From the IMG/VR virus record IMGVR_UViG_3300025679_000005: a stretch of DNA of 64,000 bases; one strand, 5' to 3'. Within the stretch, counting starts at the first letter, position 1. The number at the start of each line of letters is the position of its first letter. The position numbers and the translations under genes were made by a program. A model generated the notes under the pieces. The model ran no database searches, was not told the origin of the DNA, and saw nothing but the letters and a program-made list of their open reading frames with translations. The stretch is from a virus (Duplodnaviria; Caudoviricetes). This document shows, in pieces, positions 1 through 9,585 of the stretch.

Positions 1-62
1 TGTGCCAAAGAGCACCACGAGTATTGGGATGAGATGTGGTCCCATGTCAACGGTAGTTACCT

Positions 63-614
63 ATGAGTTACGTCTACTTTATTGCAGGCATTGGCAAGAA
101 CGACAAGATCGTTGCTATCAGCCTGGGGGTCGCCCGAAATCCGGAGGTAGTAATCGCTGCTTGGAAGGACACCATGCCTTTCGGCCTAAAGATTATGGCC
201 TTGCAGGAAGGGACTGCTGAAAAGCTCGAAGAACTCGAAAAGGAGTTCCGACCAGATCTCATTAACGGCTCCTGGTATAAGCCATCCGAGTCTTTGCTAG
301 AGTACATCAAGGGATTGGCGCCGCTGACCCCTAATGTGCACACAACCAGAGTGTCCTTGGACCTGAATCCAGAGGAACTGGCCTCAGTGGAACGTCTGGC
401 AGAGACTCAAAAGATCCCAAGCAAGGCCGCATTCATCCGCCAGGCCCTCCGCTTCTATGGTCTACTTGTAGACCATAAGGATAGGGGGTTCCTCATTCAG
501 GCAGTACGAGGGGGCACTCTCCTCCAATTCCCCGAACTCAACGTTCCCTATCCCCAAGTCATACGGGAACACAAGACTGTCAAACGAAAGAAACTACGTA
601 GAAAGCATGGATAG
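63..614 (+). CDS. Putative GIY-YIG/T5orf172-like domain fused to a ribbon-helix-helix DNA-binding domain
   Basis: N-terminal YVYFI...LGVARNP pattern; C-terminal TRVSLDLNPEELASVERLA...SKAAFIRQAL fits a CopG/RHH pattern. Confidence 0.45.
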   Translation: MSYVYFIAGIGKNDKIVAISLGVARNPEVVIAAWKDTMPFGLKIMALQEGTAEKLEELEKEFRPDLINGSWYKPSESLLEYIKGLAPLTPNVHTTRVSLDLNPEELASVERLAETQKIPSKAAFIRQALRFYGLLVDHKDRGFLIQAVRGGTLLQFPELNVPYPQVIREHKTVKRKKLRRKHG

Positions 615-831
615 GCGCATTATTTGTACGGGCTGTAGCTCCCCCTTCAACTTCAATGAAGCGGACCAGAAATACTACGAAGCTCAAGGATTCCAACCCC
701 CAAAGCGTTGCCGGCAGTGCCGTGTAGAACGTAAGTCAAAGCCAAAGAGGCAGAAGCCGATCCCAATCAAGCCGGTGAAACGACGCGAACCGGAGATCAT
801 CAGGCTTCGGCCTATGCTATCCTCGGGTTGA
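607..831 (+). CDS. Small zinc-ribbon protein
   Basis: DRRIICTGC...F.F...DQKYY...GFQPPKRCRQCR with two CxxC pairs. Confidence 0.7.
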   Translation: MDRRIICTGCSSPFNFNEADQKYYEAQGFQPPKRCRQCRVERKSKPKRQKPIPIKPVKRREPEIIRLRPMLSSG

Positions 832-834
832 TCA

Positions 835-1176
835 ATGTCTGAGCTTGAATTCTTGGAGACCCTGTATGAGATGAACGGTGAAGGCGAGTCTAAAATAGAC
901 GCGACCCTTGACCACATCTTTCAGTGGACTAACACGCAGTTCAGCTCGGGCAAATTCGCCGTCGTTGATTCGATGTTGGCCATGATCGACCCGCAGTACT
1001 TCGGGGAAGACCTGATTGTTGGACTGATCCTTTCTACTTACCCTGGCCGGGACGAACTCCAGCAGTGGGAGGAGTTCGTCTCTCGTTGCAGGTACCAACT
1101 AGATGGCCTCCTAGGACCCGTGGTGGCAAGCGTGATTTTCAGCCAGCTGGACCTGAAGCTGTCGGGATCGGTGTAG
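835..1176 (+). CDS. Hypothetical protein; paralog of the C-terminal domain of 14823-15395
   Basis: Shared pattern F..G.F..V..ML...LVG.....DL....FVSRCR..L...LG. Confidence 0.6.
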   Translation: MSELEFLETLYEMNGEGESKIDATLDHIFQWTNTQFSSGKFAVVDSMLAMIDPQYFGEDLIVGLILSTYPGRDELQQWEEFVSRCRYQLDGLLGPVVASVIFSQLDLKLSGSV

Positions 1177-1184
1177 TTAATGGC

Positions 1185-1733
1185 ATGGAGCCATACGCCA
1201 ATCGCGGTAAAATAGACTTGAAAGGGGTCCTCAAGCGGGATGCCAAAGCCCTTGATGACCTCATGTTCTGGGTCGCCAATCATGTGCACACCTTTGGGAG
1301 GGTCCTAATAGAGGGCCCTGACAACACACCCTACTTGCTACGGGTCTACTTGACCCCCAAGCGTAGCGGGGATAGTTGGTGGCCAGGAGTGTTCTTACAT
1401 CGGTTCTTCCGCTCGGACGCTGATAGGTGGCCTCATAATCACCCATGGTGTGATTCCATGAGTCTGATCCTCACCAATGGTTACCTGGAGAATCGTTGGG
1501 ACTTCAAGCTCAAGGCCTTCCGCAAGATCATGCGGAAACCGTTCCGGCTCAACTTCATCAAGGCCAACGACTTTCACAGGGTCGATTTGGTTGACACCGA
1601 GAATGGCTGCTGGACCCTGTTCATTGCCTTCCAGCGGTCCCAGAACTGGGGCTTCCTCAACTTGGAGACCGGAGAGGTCATCCCCCATCAAGACTATCTA
1701 CCGGCCGGCGCAGACGGCCTAGCTAACGACTAG
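1185..1733 (+). CDS. Hypothetical phage protein with a His-rich cupin-like motif
   Basis: LHRFFRSDADRWPHNHPW...FHRV; start chosen 9 nt after GGTGTA at 1170. Confidence 0.55.
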   Translation: MEPYANRGKIDLKGVLKRDAKALDDLMFWVANHVHTFGRVLIEGPDNTPYLLRVYLTPKRSGDSWWPGVFLHRFFRSDADRWPHNHPWCDSMSLILTNGYLENRWDFKLKAFRKIMRKPFRLNFIKANDFHRVDLVDTENGCWTLFIAFQRSQNWGFLNLETGEVIPHQDYLPAGADGLAND

Positions 1734-2010
1734 ACTTGAACTTCACGGCTGTGAACGTTCCAACGCCGTAACCTAGGACGAAGCAGGCAGCTACTCGCCA
1801 ATCTCGGATGGACTCACCGATCCCAAGGACTTGGGCACAGCCAATGGCCATCGAGCACAAGGCAGTGGGAAGGGCTTTGTTGCGTTCCGAGAAGTGGACC
1901 CAGAAGACGCAGGCGGTCTCAATGACGAAGCCGCTAGCGAAGGCCAGGGGAGTGGCAACCCAAAGGTTCATGTGGTCAGGTAGTCGAACGGGCCACGTAT
2001 TGCCGAGCAC
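1723..2010 (-). CDS. Small membrane protein
   Basis: Three hydrophobic stretches in 95 aa. Confidence 0.5.
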   Translation of the reverse strand: MLGNTWPVRLPDHMNLWVATPLAFASGFVIETACVFWVHFSERNKALPTALCSMAIGCAQVLGIGESIRDWRVAACFVLGYGVGTFTAVKFKSSR

Positions 2011-2516
2011 CCATCCGCCGCAATCTGAGCTGCCTTACGCAAAGCCTTCTCCGGCCTATTGATGGGTCTTTGAGCGGAAAGGGCTGCTGTCCCCGCTGCT
2101 ATGGCCACCGTGTGTCCAGCACCGTCCATGCCATCGGCTGACCGCCAAACCGAGAACTCCGAGTCTACGAAGTACAGCTTTCCACGTAAACCCGCTAGGA
2201 GCTGCCATTCTGTTTCTCCAGCCTCAGCAGCTTCTTTCGCATACCCTTCAGAGGTAAACAACGAACGTATGCTGTCGACCAGTTCTACGTTTACAGCACG
2301 GTCTACGTCATCCGCTGCCGATATTTTAGGGGCCCTCAGTTTGAACTTGAGTAGGGACATAGCCCGCCAGCAACCCGCCACCCCTAGCAGCCATTCCCCA
2401 GACCTGAACACCTTGGCATCTCGGACAACACGGGCTGCGTCACTGGAGTCCACGGAGATACGATCGCCGATCATATGGACTTTGCCACGATGTTCTAGGG
2501 CTAGAATGAGGGTCAT
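1968..2516 (-). CDS. Ntn-hydrolase (HslV/proteasome-beta-like) peptidase
   Basis: N-terminal M-T-L-I, GDR, AKVFRSGEWLLGVAG; paralog of 60481-61014. Confidence 0.65.
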   Translation of the reverse strand: MTLILALEHRGKVHMIGDRISVDSSDAARVVRDAKVFRSGEWLLGVAGCWRAMSLLKFKLRAPKISAADDVDRAVNVELVDSIRSLFTSEGYAKEAAEAGETEWQLLAGLRGKLYFVDSEFSVWRSADGMDGAGHTVAIAAGTAALSAQRPINRPEKALRKAAQIAADGCSAIRGPFDYLTT

Positions 2517-2584
2517 TTAGGTTGATCCTGACGTGTTTGAGGGGTTCTGTCCAAGGCCTGAACGAAACCCCTCAATTCACAGGG

Positions 2585-5500
2585 TCATTTCCGCTTTAAC
2601 GGGCTCGCTTCATCAACCCAAAGCGGCGTATTCATGCATTTGCCGCGCTTGGAATCTAGGATGTACATGGCCTGTTGTGGAGGCTCATAGTCCGCACCGA
2701 TGGACATGGCGTATTCGCTGTAACCAATGAGGGAGTTGTGGACACCTACTCCATTTGCAATGAAGGTGTGCTCTCCTGATACTTGAAGGTCGTAGACTTT
2801 GATGTCACCGGGTACCATTCGACGATGGCAAATTCTTACGAATTTTTCACCAGCCACCCACTTCACGTCTTGTCCTTGGTTGAACAATACCGAGTAGGCA
2901 GTATTCTTTCGCCTACCACCTGGCCGCAAACTCTTTACCGTGGGTTCATAATGAGTGCCGTTGGCCAACATGAACATGCCCCAAGCTAATTGCTGGGATA
3001 TGCTGGTGGCTGTCAGGTATAGGTTTCCATCTTTTGTAATGCGCTGATGACCGTCCCCATCAATCCATCCTTTAACGAGGGCCACCCTCTCTTCTACTGG
3101 CAGAGAGTATGCCCAGTTGGGGAGCTTTTTGCCGATGGACTTGTGCCCAAAACTGTTTCGCCAATCCAATGCGACTTCTCGTCCACATGAGAAAGTCACA
3201 CAACTAGTATTCCGGGACTCTCGTACACTCAAGACTCCTGGGTTATTCATAATTGGATCCAAGATTGTCTTAACGCGCTCCAGGATTGGCAGTTCTCTTA
3301 TATGCATTGTCCAAGTCAAACGGTGATGTTTTCTATCAAAGCCGCCGTCAATCGTTGTATGGCCTTCGGCTAAGAACAGCCCATAGACCCAAGCTAAATC
3401 TGTTCCTATGGATTTAGTCGACTCACCTGTCAAATGTGGGATATGTACCCAATCCCCTGCCGACAGGAATTCAGCAGCAATCCATTTAGGGGCTTCAACA
3501 ACTGGGTCTTTATGGTAACCGTGGGTTGTACAGACACACGTTATGTCAGACCCTTTCATAGCCCATATTTGATGGTTTGGTGTACATTGCAACGATTTGT
3601 AGAAGCCTTTGATCCCCAAGTCGATTAAGCTCTCAGCGTCGCGCTCTAGGTGGGCTTCTACAGTCTGATGCGTACCGTCTCTAGATATTACTGGGGTACC
3701 TACTTGGACATCTTCGATTGGGAGGACCCCCCCAGGAATAGTCACAAGAGTTCCTGCTGGAAAACAACCATTGACAACAGTTCGACCCAAGTCCGTTAGT
3801 TGGTGGAAGTGTCCAATGTGGTGGTAGTCCGCTCGTTTGACGCCATCCCACTTGAAGACGCGCTTATTGAGTGGTACGGACAGGCCGCCGATGCCGCCGC
3901 CGAACTTGACCTCGTCCCCGTGGTGGAAGTGAAGATCGAACTCGTAGGCCTCCACGTACTGGTGAGCACTCTTATCGACAACGAAGCGTACGCGCTTCTC
4001 GTCAGCGAAGTCCTGCTGAAGGACGTTGTAGAGGAGCCACTCATAGGAGTTCTTGGCACCGGTCTTGATCCGGCGCTTGGCCGTTGTGTTGCCGCTTACT
4101 AGAGGTACTCCATTTCTTCTAGTAATCAGGGTGCCGTTCTTGACAGTCCCACACCAGATCACTCCAGAATAGGGTACTGTTTTAAGGGCTTTCTTAGGAA
4201 AGCCTTGCCTAGAGGCAGGTAGAGACAAGATGTGATTGCCCCGGTTATCCTGCCTTACTCGGGCGGCAATTCCATTTGTCACGGCCAAGGTTTGAATTGA
4301 GCCAAGCACATCGGAGTCTCCGTAGATCACTCTTTCTTCGTCCCTAACATTTCTGGGTGGCCTGACAGAGCCGTCCCCACCTAGCAAGCCCTCTAGGAAG
4401 CAGCCAAACTGCCTTTCTGAAAGTTGGTACATCCAACCAGACACCGCACGTTTATTGGGCAGCAATTCAATAAATTTACGACCGCTGTCTACTTCGATGT
4501 GAAATGTAGTGTCTGGAAGTATCCTTTTGACGGTCTTCCCTAAAATGACTGCTTTTTTCCGTGTCCTTGTATGGGCGCTGTACTTGACGCCCAGCCTGTT
4601 CAATAGTGCAGTCAGAACCGCAATCCCATTTTTCTTGCTTTGATATATGCGAAGACTACGTTTACCGTTAGGCAAAGTGGCGTAAGACCCGTCAGTCATA
4701 ATCCACCCAAGCAACCGAAGCTCATCGTCTGAGACTTTCGTGTACTCCTTTGTATGCCCTAAAGAGCACTTGGGGAAACCGTTTGCACCGAACGTGCCCC
4801 TCTTAGCGAGTTCTTGAATCTCAAGAAACCGATCCCGACCAGCGGACCCGCTTCTTACGACCATCCTATGGTGGGGTGTCACCATAAAGTCGGCAGTTGT
4901 TGTCTTGACCTTAACCATAGGCCCTTGATACTCAGCTACATAGACATCCTCAAGAGGCTGCCATTCAGTCTGAGAGGTGTCCATGTTATAGGTTGCCACT
5001 ATGTCCCCAACTGCGATCTGGGTGTACTTCTTCCAGCCGTCGACAGTTAGAAGCTCTGTCTGGTCATCGTGACAACGACCATGATTACCAAATGAGCAGG
5101 GGATAGTGATCGTCTCTATTTTTGGGTCAAGGAGCAGAGTCTTGATGCCCTTCGTGATGAGCCTCTTGGCAAAGAGGACGGCCTCAATGGGGGACAGGTC
5201 GTTGTCCTCCTCTAGTTCGTCGTGGATGTAGCCTGTGATGAGGTCACCACCAAGCCATAGGATCACATCACGAAGCGAGAACTCGTTCCGGCCAAAGTCG
5301 AGCAGCCATTCTATTCCAGTGAAGAAGCGCTCAGCTCTAGCCTCAGCTATTTTCGGATTGTAGGAGTTCCTACCCGCAACCGCCTCCGCGTAAACGTTTT
5401 CCTCTACGTGCCAGTCAGATGCCATGATGACGGCTGTGCCCTCACGAATACCGGACTTCGTCTCCCGACGCTTGATCTTCGGGATGTTGATGGGGCGGTC

Positions 5501-5875
5501 TATTTCCGTGATAAAGCGGTGACGCGCCTCAGACTCACGAAGACGGTCTACGAGGTCCGCATGCTCAGATCGTAGCCTTTTATCCCGATCTTTGGCTTCG
5601 AAGCGCTCCACCGGATCGGTGTACTCTTCTTCGTCCTCCTCCTCTTCTTCAGGAGAGCGCAAGTATTCCGAGGGCGGCTTCAAGTTGAAGCGCTCGAACG
5701 ACTTGAGCAGAGAAGATCGGGAAATGTCCTCTTGAAGGACCCGGCCTATTTCTACGAGGGCTTCTTGAACGGTGTCGTATTTACCGCTCTCCAAAATCCT
5801 CTGGGCAGTCTTTACTCGCTTGTCGTTCCATTCCATGGATGAGGCACCTTCCGTCTCAGCGTACTGAGCAATCAA
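2585..5875 (-). CDS. Calcineurin-like metallophosphoesterase interrupted by two inteins (about 423 aa after splicing)
   Basis: Extein motifs SDWH, GGDLITG, GNHG, HHGD, GHFHQ. Confidence 0.8.
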   Translation of the reverse strand: MIAQYAETEGASSMEWNDKRVKTAQRILESGKYDTVQEALVEIGRVLQEDISRSSLLKSFERFNLKPPSEYLRSPEEEEEDEEEYTDPVERFEAKDRDKRLRSEHADLVDRLRESEARHRFITEIDRPINIPKIKRRETKSGIREGTAVIMASDWHVEENVYAEAVAGRNSYNPKIAEARAERFFTGIEWLLDFGRNEFSLRDVILWLGGDLITGYIHDELEEDNDLSPIEAVLFAKRLITKGIKTLLLDPKIETITIPCSFGNHGRCHDDQTELLTVDGWKKYTQIAVGDIVATYNMDTSQTEWQPLEDVYVAEYQGPMVKVKTTTADFMVTPHHRMVVRSGSAGRDRFLEIQELAKRGTFGANGFPKCSLGHTKEYTKVSDDELRLLGWIMTDGSYATLPNGKRSLRIYQSKKNGIAVLTALLNRLGVKYSAHTRTRKKAVILGKTVKRILPDTTFHIEVDSGRKFIELLPNKRAVSGWMYQLSERQFGCFLEGLLGGDGSVRPPRNVRDEERVIYGDSDVLGSIQTLAVTNGIAARVRQDNRGNHILSLPASRQGFPKKALKTVPYSGVIWCGTVKNGTLITRRNGVPLVSGNTTAKRRIKTGAKNSYEWLLYNVLQQDFADEKRVRFVVDKSAHQYVEAYEFDLHFHHGDEVKFGGGIGGLSVPLNKRVFKWDGVKRADYHHIGHFHQLTDLGRTVVNGCFPAGTLVTIPGGVLPIEDVQVGTPVISRDGTHQTVEAHLERDAESLIDLGIKGFYKSLQCTPNHQIWAMKGSDITCVCTTHGYHKDPVVEAPKWIAAEFLSAGDWVHIPHLTGESTKSIGTDLAWVYGLFLAEGHTTIDGGFDRKHHRLTWTMHIRELPILERVKTILDPIMNNPGVLSVRESRNTSCVTFSCGREVALDWRNSFGHKSIGKKLPNWAYSLPVEERVALVKGWIDGDGHQRITKDGNLYLTATSISQQLAWGMFMLANGTHYEPTVKSLRPGGRRKNTAYSVLFNQGQDVKWVAGEKFVRICHRRMVPGDIKVYDLQVSGEHTFIANGVGVHNSLIGYSEYAMSIGADYEPPQQAMYILDSKRGKCMNTPLWVDEASPLKRK
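2735..3766 (-). mobile_element. Intein 2 (344 aa) with LAGLIDADG-type homing endonuclease
   Basis: Starts CFPAGT; block B CTPNHQ; YGLFLAEGH and VKGWIDGDGH; ends VYDLQV...GVHN followed by S. Confidence 0.9.
4088..5074 (-). mobile_element. Intein 1 (329 aa) with LAGLIDADG-type homing endonuclease
   Basis: Starts CHDDQTELLT after GNHGR; block B VTPHHR; LLGWIMTDGS and LEGLLGGDGS; ends SGN followed by T. Confidence 0.85.
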
Positions 5876-5983
5876 GTAGGACTACTACACCAGGGTTGGA
5901 GCATAAGTTGACTAATAAATCAGCCCAAAATGCGATAGATCTTTGATACCTCTGCTCGACCGCCCATCGGAGATCAGGTATTT

Positions 5984-6241
5984 TCAGCAGAACTCCTCGC
6001 CTAGCAAGCGCTCCCACTGAGTGGGACGATGCTCAGAAGCAGGGGATTTGTACTGTTCACTAAATGACTCGATGGCGATTGAGGTAGTTGAACGTGGGTG
6101 CTCACTCACTACCTCTAGGGTTATGAAACGCATGCGCATTGCTTCGATAAGTTCGGTTCCTTGGACTTGCCAGCGCACCCCTGGCGCATCAACATGAACC
6201 CATACAGACCCGATTGCGGGTATCTCGAAGGAGTCAGACAT
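5984..6241 (-). CDS. Hypothetical protein with C-terminal TQWERL tail
   Basis: Ends RPTQWERLLGEEFC. Confidence 0.6.
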   Translation of the reverse strand: MSDSFEIPAIGSVWVHVDAPGVRWQVQGTELIEAMRMRFITLEVVSEHPRSTTSIAIESFSEQYKSPASEHRPTQWERLLGEEFC

Positions 6242-6515
6242 GGCAGACCATCCTCATTGCGACCAGAATATTCTTCATTCGCCGAAATCCTGTGACTTTT
6301 GTGATCAATTTTCCGCCCGTCAGGAGCAACGCATATCCGACGGCGTCAACTTCACGGGTGATAAAGACCCTAACAAGGCACCCTGCCCATCCGAGGCTCT
6401 TCGTCCTACCTACGTTGCTCATCGCTGGGTGGGAAACCAGCCGACGAATATCCCGTTCCAGACTGAAGCAGAGTCTTTCTCAGAACGCCTAGAAGAGATG
6501 AAGAAGCTTCCCTAA
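6240..6515 (+). CDS. Small Cys/His-containing hypothetical protein
   Basis: PHCDQNILHSPKSCDFCD. Confidence 0.55.
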   Translation: MADHPHCDQNILHSPKSCDFCDQFSARQEQRISDGVNFTGDKDPNKAPCPSEALRPTYVAHRWVGNQPTNIPFQTEAESFSERLEEMKKLP

Positions 6516-6537
6516 GCTGGTGTAAGAACAGCCACCA

Positions 6538-7839
6538 ATGCCTCTATACGAGAAAATACGAGACGACCAAGCACACATCGTGGTCATGGGCCTAGGCTAT
6601 GTTGGCCTGCCTTTGGCTATGGAATTCACCAGAGCGGGGTTCACAGTCACTGGCTTAGACCCCGACAAGTCCAAGATCGAGAGTCTGATCAACGGCGAAT
6701 CCTACGTTGACCGGCCTACCTCGGAAACACTCCAGATGCTTACGGATAGGGGCCGTTTCACAGCCACCTGGGACGCTAGTGTCCTAGACCTAGCGGACAT
6801 CGTCATCGTCTGTGTCCCCACCCCATTGAGTAAGACTCGAGACCCGGACCTCTCGATCGTCAACCAAGCCATTGACCAGATTGTCCAGCACCAACACAAG
6901 GATATGCTGGTGATACTGGAGTCGACTTCTTACCCAGGCACGACCCGTGAGCTACTGGTGCCTCACCTAACCCAAGGATACAAGCTGGGGGAAGATGTCT
7001 TCGTAGGGTATTCCCCCGAACGTATCGACCCAGGTAATCCCGTATACCACCTTACGAATACCCCAAAGATCGTCTCTGGGATCACGAAGCTCTGTGCTCA
7101 GTTGACTCAGAGGCTCTACATGAAGATCAATGAGGCCTTGATCCCGGTGTCGAGCCCTGAGGTGGCGGAGATGGCCAAAGTCCTGGAGAATACCTTCCGG
7201 GCAGTAAACATCGGTCTGGCCAACGAAGTCGCCCTCATCAGCAAGAAGCTGGGCATTGATCCCTTCGAGGTCATCGAAGCCGCTGCCTCCAAGCCCTTCG
7301 GCTTTATGCCCTTCTACCCCGGGCCCGGCCTGGGTGGACACTGCATTCCCGTCGACCCCTTGTATCTGTCGTGGAAGCTCCGAACTTTGAACGGCCAAGC
7401 TCGCTTCATTGAATTGGCAGACACCATCAATAGCGGGATGCCAGACTACGTTGTCGGGATCTGCACTGAGGCCCTGAATTCACAGTCGCTGGCGGTTCGA
7501 GGCTCTAGGATTCTACTGCTTGGGGTGGCCTACAAGCCGAACGTGGCGGACATGCGTGAGAGCCCGGTCATCCCCATCATCCAAAAGCTCAAGGCCTTGG
7601 GTGCTAGCGTGTCCTACGAAGACCCCCACGTTCCGGAGTTCTCCGAGCACGGCCTGACTCTGGGCTCTCTCAAACCTATGGACTATGGGGACTTCGACCT
7701 TGTGGTCGTGACCACGCCCCACAAGGAATTTGACCTCAAGCGCCTCATCCAAGAGGCGACATTGATCGTCGATACCCGCGGTGTACTGAGGGACGAGCAC
7801 AACCGTTCCCTGAACAGCCCCAGAATCTTCCGTATCTGA
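6538..7839 (+). CDS. Nucleotide-sugar dehydrogenase (UDP-N-acetylhexosamine 6-dehydrogenase family)
   Basis: GLGYVGLP Rossmann motif, CVPTP, ESTSYPGTT, SPERIDPG, KVLENTFR, catalytic GGHCIPVDP, GVAYKPNVADMRESP. Confidence 0.93.
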   Translation: MPLYEKIRDDQAHIVVMGLGYVGLPLAMEFTRAGFTVTGLDPDKSKIESLINGESYVDRPTSETLQMLTDRGRFTATWDASVLDLADIVIVCVPTPLSKTRDPDLSIVNQAIDQIVQHQHKDMLVILESTSYPGTTRELLVPHLTQGYKLGEDVFVGYSPERIDPGNPVYHLTNTPKIVSGITKLCAQLTQRLYMKINEALIPVSSPEVAEMAKVLENTFRAVNIGLANEVALISKKLGIDPFEVIEAAASKPFGFMPFYPGPGLGGHCIPVDPLYLSWKLRTLNGQARFIELADTINSGMPDYVVGICTEALNSQSLAVRGSRILLLGVAYKPNVADMRESPVIPIIQKLKALGASVSYEDPHVPEFSEHGLTLGSLKPMDYGDFDLVVVTTPHKEFDLKRLIQEATLIVDTRGVLRDEHNRSLNSPRIFRI

Positions 7840-8072
7840 TGCTTCGTTGGAAAGTCACAATCCTGTACAGCCTGGGCTTCTACTCAGGCTGTATGTTCAG
7901 CTTGTTCCGTCGCCACGGAACGTTTCACGGCATGACCCTAGTCTACGGGCTGCTGCTGGGAATCGTGGTCCACCTGGGGGAGCGCCTTCTCAAGGCCCGT
8001 CAACGAGAGCGGGCTCTGACCATCCGTCGGTTCAAACGACGGGTTCGTCTAGGCGATTCCAAGCGGACTTAG
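7839..8072 (+). CDS. Small membrane protein
   Basis: Two hydrophobic segments and a basic tail; overlaps the upstream stop. Confidence 0.45.
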   Translation: MLRWKVTILYSLGFYSGCMFSLFRRHGTFHGMTLVYGLLLGIVVHLGERLLKARQRERALTIRRFKRRVRLGDSKRT

Positions 8073-8286
8073 GCTTGTAGGGGTCTTCCTTGTGAACCCG
8101 TCCACATTCAGGGCACTTCTCGCCGACTTCCATCGGATTGACGTAGCCGCCCACTCTGAAACAGCGGACAGTGCAGGGGATCTCCATCGACAACTGGAAG
8201 CGTTCGGCCTTCGAGAGCTTGTTAGGGTCGATCCCGTTATCCACGCAGTATTTCGCAAGCCATTCCTCGCCCGTGATGTATGCCAT
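8032..8286 (-). CDS. Small zinc-binding hypothetical protein with SAWNRL tail
   Basis: CxxxC and CPEC motifs; ends KPKSAWNRLDEPVV; GGTGTA 9 nt upstream. Confidence 0.65.
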   Translation of the reverse strand: MAYITGEEWLAKYCVDNGIDPNKLSKAERFQLSMEIPCTVRCFRVGGYVNPMEVGEKCPECGRVHKEDPYKPKSAWNRLDEPVV

Positions 8287-8290
8287 GGAC

Positions 8291-8317
8291 GTGTTTACAC
8301 CGAGCTGGTGTAAACAC
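8291..8317. promoter_or_regulatory. Palindromic divergent promoter pair (two back-to-back GGTGTA motifs)
   Basis: GTGTTTACACC-GAGCT-GGTGTAAACAC; each GGTGTA is 9 nt from an ATG (8286 on minus, 8322 on plus). Confidence 0.7.
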
Positions 8318-8321
8318 GGGG

Positions 8322-8843
8322 ATGTCCCTAGGTGTGTACGCCGGCAGTTTCGATCCTTTCACGTTTGGTCACTTGAGCATCCTCAATGGAGCCCTCAAGG
8401 TATTCGATCGCGTCATCGTCGCCGTTGGCGTGAATTCCGCCAAGAAGGGCCTCTTCGAGAATGACGAACGTATGGCCATCATCGTGGAATATCTTAAGGA
8501 ATTCCAGTGTGCTGGCGCGACCGTGGACAGCTTCGAGGGTCTCCTGATCGATTATTGTGATCGGATGCGTACTCCTGGGGTCTACCCCACTATCATCCGC
8601 GGACTTCGAGCTGTATCCGACTTCGAGCAGGAGATGGCCATCGCCGACATCAATCACAAGATGGACCCGACCATCCAGACTATATTCATCCCCGCTGAGG
8701 CGCCCCACGTCTACGTGAGTTCAAGCACGGCCAAGGAGCTGGTCAAGCATGCTAAAGACTCCGATACTGCGGCCCGTTTGGAGCACTACGTTCTTCCCAG
8801 TGTCGCACTGAAGATGCACTCCAAGATCAGGCGTGGCCATTGA
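8322..8843 (+). CDS. coaD: Pantetheine-phosphate adenylyltransferase
   Basis: YAGSFDPFTFGHL, IIRGLRAVSDFEQE, VSSSTAKEL. Confidence 0.93.
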   Translation: MSLGVYAGSFDPFTFGHLSILNGALKVFDRVIVAVGVNSAKKGLFENDERMAIIVEYLKEFQCAGATVDSFEGLLIDYCDRMRTPGVYPTIIRGLRAVSDFEQEMAIADINHKMDPTIQTIFIPAEAPHVYVSSSTAKELVKHAKDSDTAARLEHYVLPSVALKMHSKIRRGH

Positions 8844-9580
8844 AGTCCGTCATTCTAGCCCCACTGCATCGACCTGAGGACGCGGTTAATCTAGCGGCCA
8901 ACATCGAGCGCCAAAGTATTCGGGCGGATGTCATCGTCGTCGAGAATGGCCCAGGAATCGATTCCTATAAGGGGCGGGGCAAGGTCCTCAGGATCGACTC
9001 AAAAGGTGTAGGAGCGGCTAGGAACGCCTGCATTGAGGCAGCTCGTGAAGACGGTCAGAAATGCTTCTTCTTCTTCTTCTTCGATGCCGACGACTACTAT
9101 GGCCCTGATTACGTCAGAGGGTGCCTGAACTTCTTGATCCGTAATCCGGTGTCCGCCGCCGGGCGTTCCCAAGGCTGGACGATTCTTTCCGACGGCCTCT
9201 ACCGATTCGACCACGTCGAGACGATATTGCCCAGTGGGGGGACCCTCATGGGGGTCCTAGCCGACGCCTTGCCGTTCCCTGAGGATGTCGTGATTGGAGA
9301 GGATCACGCTTGGTGGCAGGCCATGATCGCCGCTGGCAAGTCTGTGGCCTTGACGGGTGACCAAAGGGATTACTGCTATATCCGACACTCCCACAACACC
9401 TACGTGATGGACGAAACCTTGTTTCGGCTAGGGCGAGGCCCCGTTCATTACTACGGAAAGTTGCCACCAGAGGCAATATCAGGTACTCTCGAAGCCATCG
9501 AGACTAGGCCACACCCCTCCAATGCCGAGGTCATGGCCGCCTTGAAGAGGGTGGGCTCCAGGCCTTCTTTGGTGTACTAG
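8840..9580 (+). CDS. Glycosyltransferase family 2-like
   Basis: VIVVENG, GVGAARNACI, FDADDYY (DxD motif), GEDHAW. Confidence 0.8.
   Translation: MKSVILAPLHRPEDAVNLAANIERQSIRADVIVVENGPGIDSYKGRGKVLRIDSKGVGAARNACIEAAREDGQKCFFFFFFDADDYYGPDYVRGCLNFLIRNPVSAAGRSQGWTILSDGLYRFDHVETILPSGGTLMGVLADALPFPEDVVIGEDHAWWQAMIAAGKSVALTGDQRDYCYIRHSHNTYVMDETLFRLGRGPVHYYGKLPPEAISGTLEAIETRPHPSNAEVMAALKRVGSRPSLVY
9065..9082 (+). repeat. (TTC)6 triplet repeat encoding six Phe just before the DxD motif
   Basis: Direct reading: TGC TTC x6 GAT GCC GAC. Confidence 0.9.
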
Positions 9581-9585
9581 CAAAG

